24,000 nucleotides of DNA from Bacillota bacterium (lineage in GTDB: Bacteria > Bacillota > DSM-12270 > Thermacetogeniales > Thermacetogeniaceae): positions 1-24,000 of the forward strand of contig JARYLU010000007.1 in NCBI GenBank assembly GCA_029907475.1, in the 5' to 3' direction. Under the pieces are notes generated by a model, which saw only the letters and a program-made list of their open reading frames with translations, made no database searches and had not been told where the DNA came from. Position numbers and translations under genes: made by a program. Of this stretch, positions 23,228 to 24,000 are shown piece by piece; position 1 is the stretch's first letter; each line of letters opens with the position of its first letter.

Positions 23228-23749
23228 ATGTTCAACCGCTGCTACTGCCAGGAGTTGGAGCCGGCAGACTGGCACGAAAAAGAACACTTCTGGGAGGAGC
23301 CCCGGTTCTTTTACCGCGTTCCGACACCGATGGCCCTCCACAATCCCCTTACCTACAATGAAGACATTTCCCGGGCGATGATCGAGGCCAAGGGAAAGGG
23401 CTACATCGTTAAACCGCGCGCTTCCATCCTCCTTAAAAGCGGCCTGTTCCGGGGTGAAATTTTGCTGGAAGTCCAGCTTCCCCAGCAATTGCGGAGCCGG
23501 CACCAAACCGGCCCGCCACCCGCGTCCTGCCACCGCCTCGAGGGGGCCTTTTACACGATCATCTCCAGGGCGCCTTTATCTCAAATGGGTGCTGTCATCG
23601 AGCAATTTCTCCGGGACTTAAAGAAAAAGGGAGAGAAGGTGCAAGACCTTTACCTCTGCCTTGGTTCCTGTCCACTTTGCAGCAGCAAGAAAGGGAATCA
23701 GACCGTAATCATCGCCCGGCTCCACGAAAGAAAGTTTTCTAAAAACTAG
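23228..23749 (+). CDS. Hypothetical protein with N-terminal CxC and C-terminal Cx4Cx2C motifs
   Basis: 173 aa from ATG 23228, with SD AGAGGTGAG. The sequence includes MFNRCYCQELEPADW and YLCLGSCPLCSSKKG. I do not recognise the family. Confidence 0.55.
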   Translation: MFNRCYCQELEPADWHEKEHFWEEPRFFYRVPTPMALHNPLTYNEDISRAMIEAKGKGYIVKPRASILLKSGLFRGEILLEVQLPQQLRSRHQTGPPPASCHRLEGAFYTIISRAPLSQMGAVIEQFLRDLKKKGEKVQDLYLCLGSCPLCSSKKGNQTVIIARLHERKFSKN

Positions 23750-23800
23750 ACCTCCTGTAAAAATTTTTCTTAAAAAGGGTATCCTAGTTTAAAAAAGGTG

Positions 23801-23829
23801 TTGACAACTTACTCCCTGGTTTGTATTAT
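23801..23829 (+). promoter_or_regulatory. Sigma-A promoter of groES
   Basis: TTGACA (23801-23806) is followed by a 17-nt spacer and TATTAT (23824-23829). Confidence 0.75.
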
Positions 23830-23843
23830 TTATCATAGATTTC

Positions 23844-23870
23844 TTAGCACTCAACTTTAACGAGTGCTAA
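23844..23870. promoter_or_regulatory. CIRCE operator (HrcA binding site)
   Basis: TTAGCACTC-N9-GAGTGCTAA is a perfect match to the CIRCE consensus. It lies between the promoter and groES. Confidence 0.95.
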
Positions 23871-23919
23871 CAAAAAACCGAACTAAACAAAAAACAAACC
23901 ATTTTGAGGAGGGTTGCTA

Positions 23920-24000
23920 ATGCTGAAGCCACTTGGTGACCACGTACTGGTTAAGCCTCTCTCGAAAGAGGAAAAAACTGAAGGAGGGATCATCCTTCCG
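23920..24000 (+). CDS. groES: Co-chaperonin GroES (5' part, truncated by window end)
   Basis: MLKPLGDHVLVKPLSKEEKTEGGIILP is a canonical GroES N-terminus. GAGGAGGG SD. Confidence 0.95.
   Translation, partial: MLKPLGDHVLVKPLSKEEKTEGGIILP

Noticed and set aside
1-24000. Search for tRNA, rRNA, CRISPR arrays, transposases, integrases and known defence-system genes
   Set aside because: I found no repeat-spacer array, no tRNA- or rRNA-like sequence and no recombinase or transposase ORF. The WYL regulator is the only defence-associated domain, and it has no defence genes beside it.

Overview
All calls come from reading the sequence and the ORF track by hand; no searches were run. The window looks like a spore-forming, anaerobic Firmicute chromosome. 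Supporting features are a CIRCE-controlled groES, a PdaB-like deacetylase and System II cytochrome c maturation genes. Hand-sampled lines in the flanks are about 58-60% G+C. Two AT-richer segments stand out: an ECF sigma/anti-sigma pair at ~170-2145 and a ~6.5 kb segment at 8036-14551. The main finding lies on the minus strand of the second segment. It starts with a sigma-54 enhancer-binding protein (12409-14409) and a near-consensus -24/-12 promoter (12154-12170) with upstream palindromes. The promoter precedes a Tat-signal flavoprotein (10427-11965), a 178-aa membrane-anchored cytochrome with five CXXCH motifs (9790-10326) and a second, divergent Tat-signal flavoprotein (8036-9598). resB-resC (6029-7963) follow directly. 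I read this as a Cgr1/Cgr2-like quinol-to-extracytoplasmic-flavin-reductase respiratory module for unknown organic acceptor(s). Its layout of two reductases, one cytochrome and a sigma-54 gate does not match any characterised system I know. Other genes are DUF503, a USP plus ArsB/NhaD-type permease, an Amidohydro_2 hydrolase, a TolB-like lipoprotein, a B12-binding radical SAM/DUF4070 enzyme, a WYL regulator, a MATE exporter, a PK_C-like protein, an orphan trpF and a Cys-motif hypothetical. Several palindromes, direct repeats and one leader-like terminator structure are flagged. I found no tRNA, rRNA, CRISPR array, transposase or integrase.
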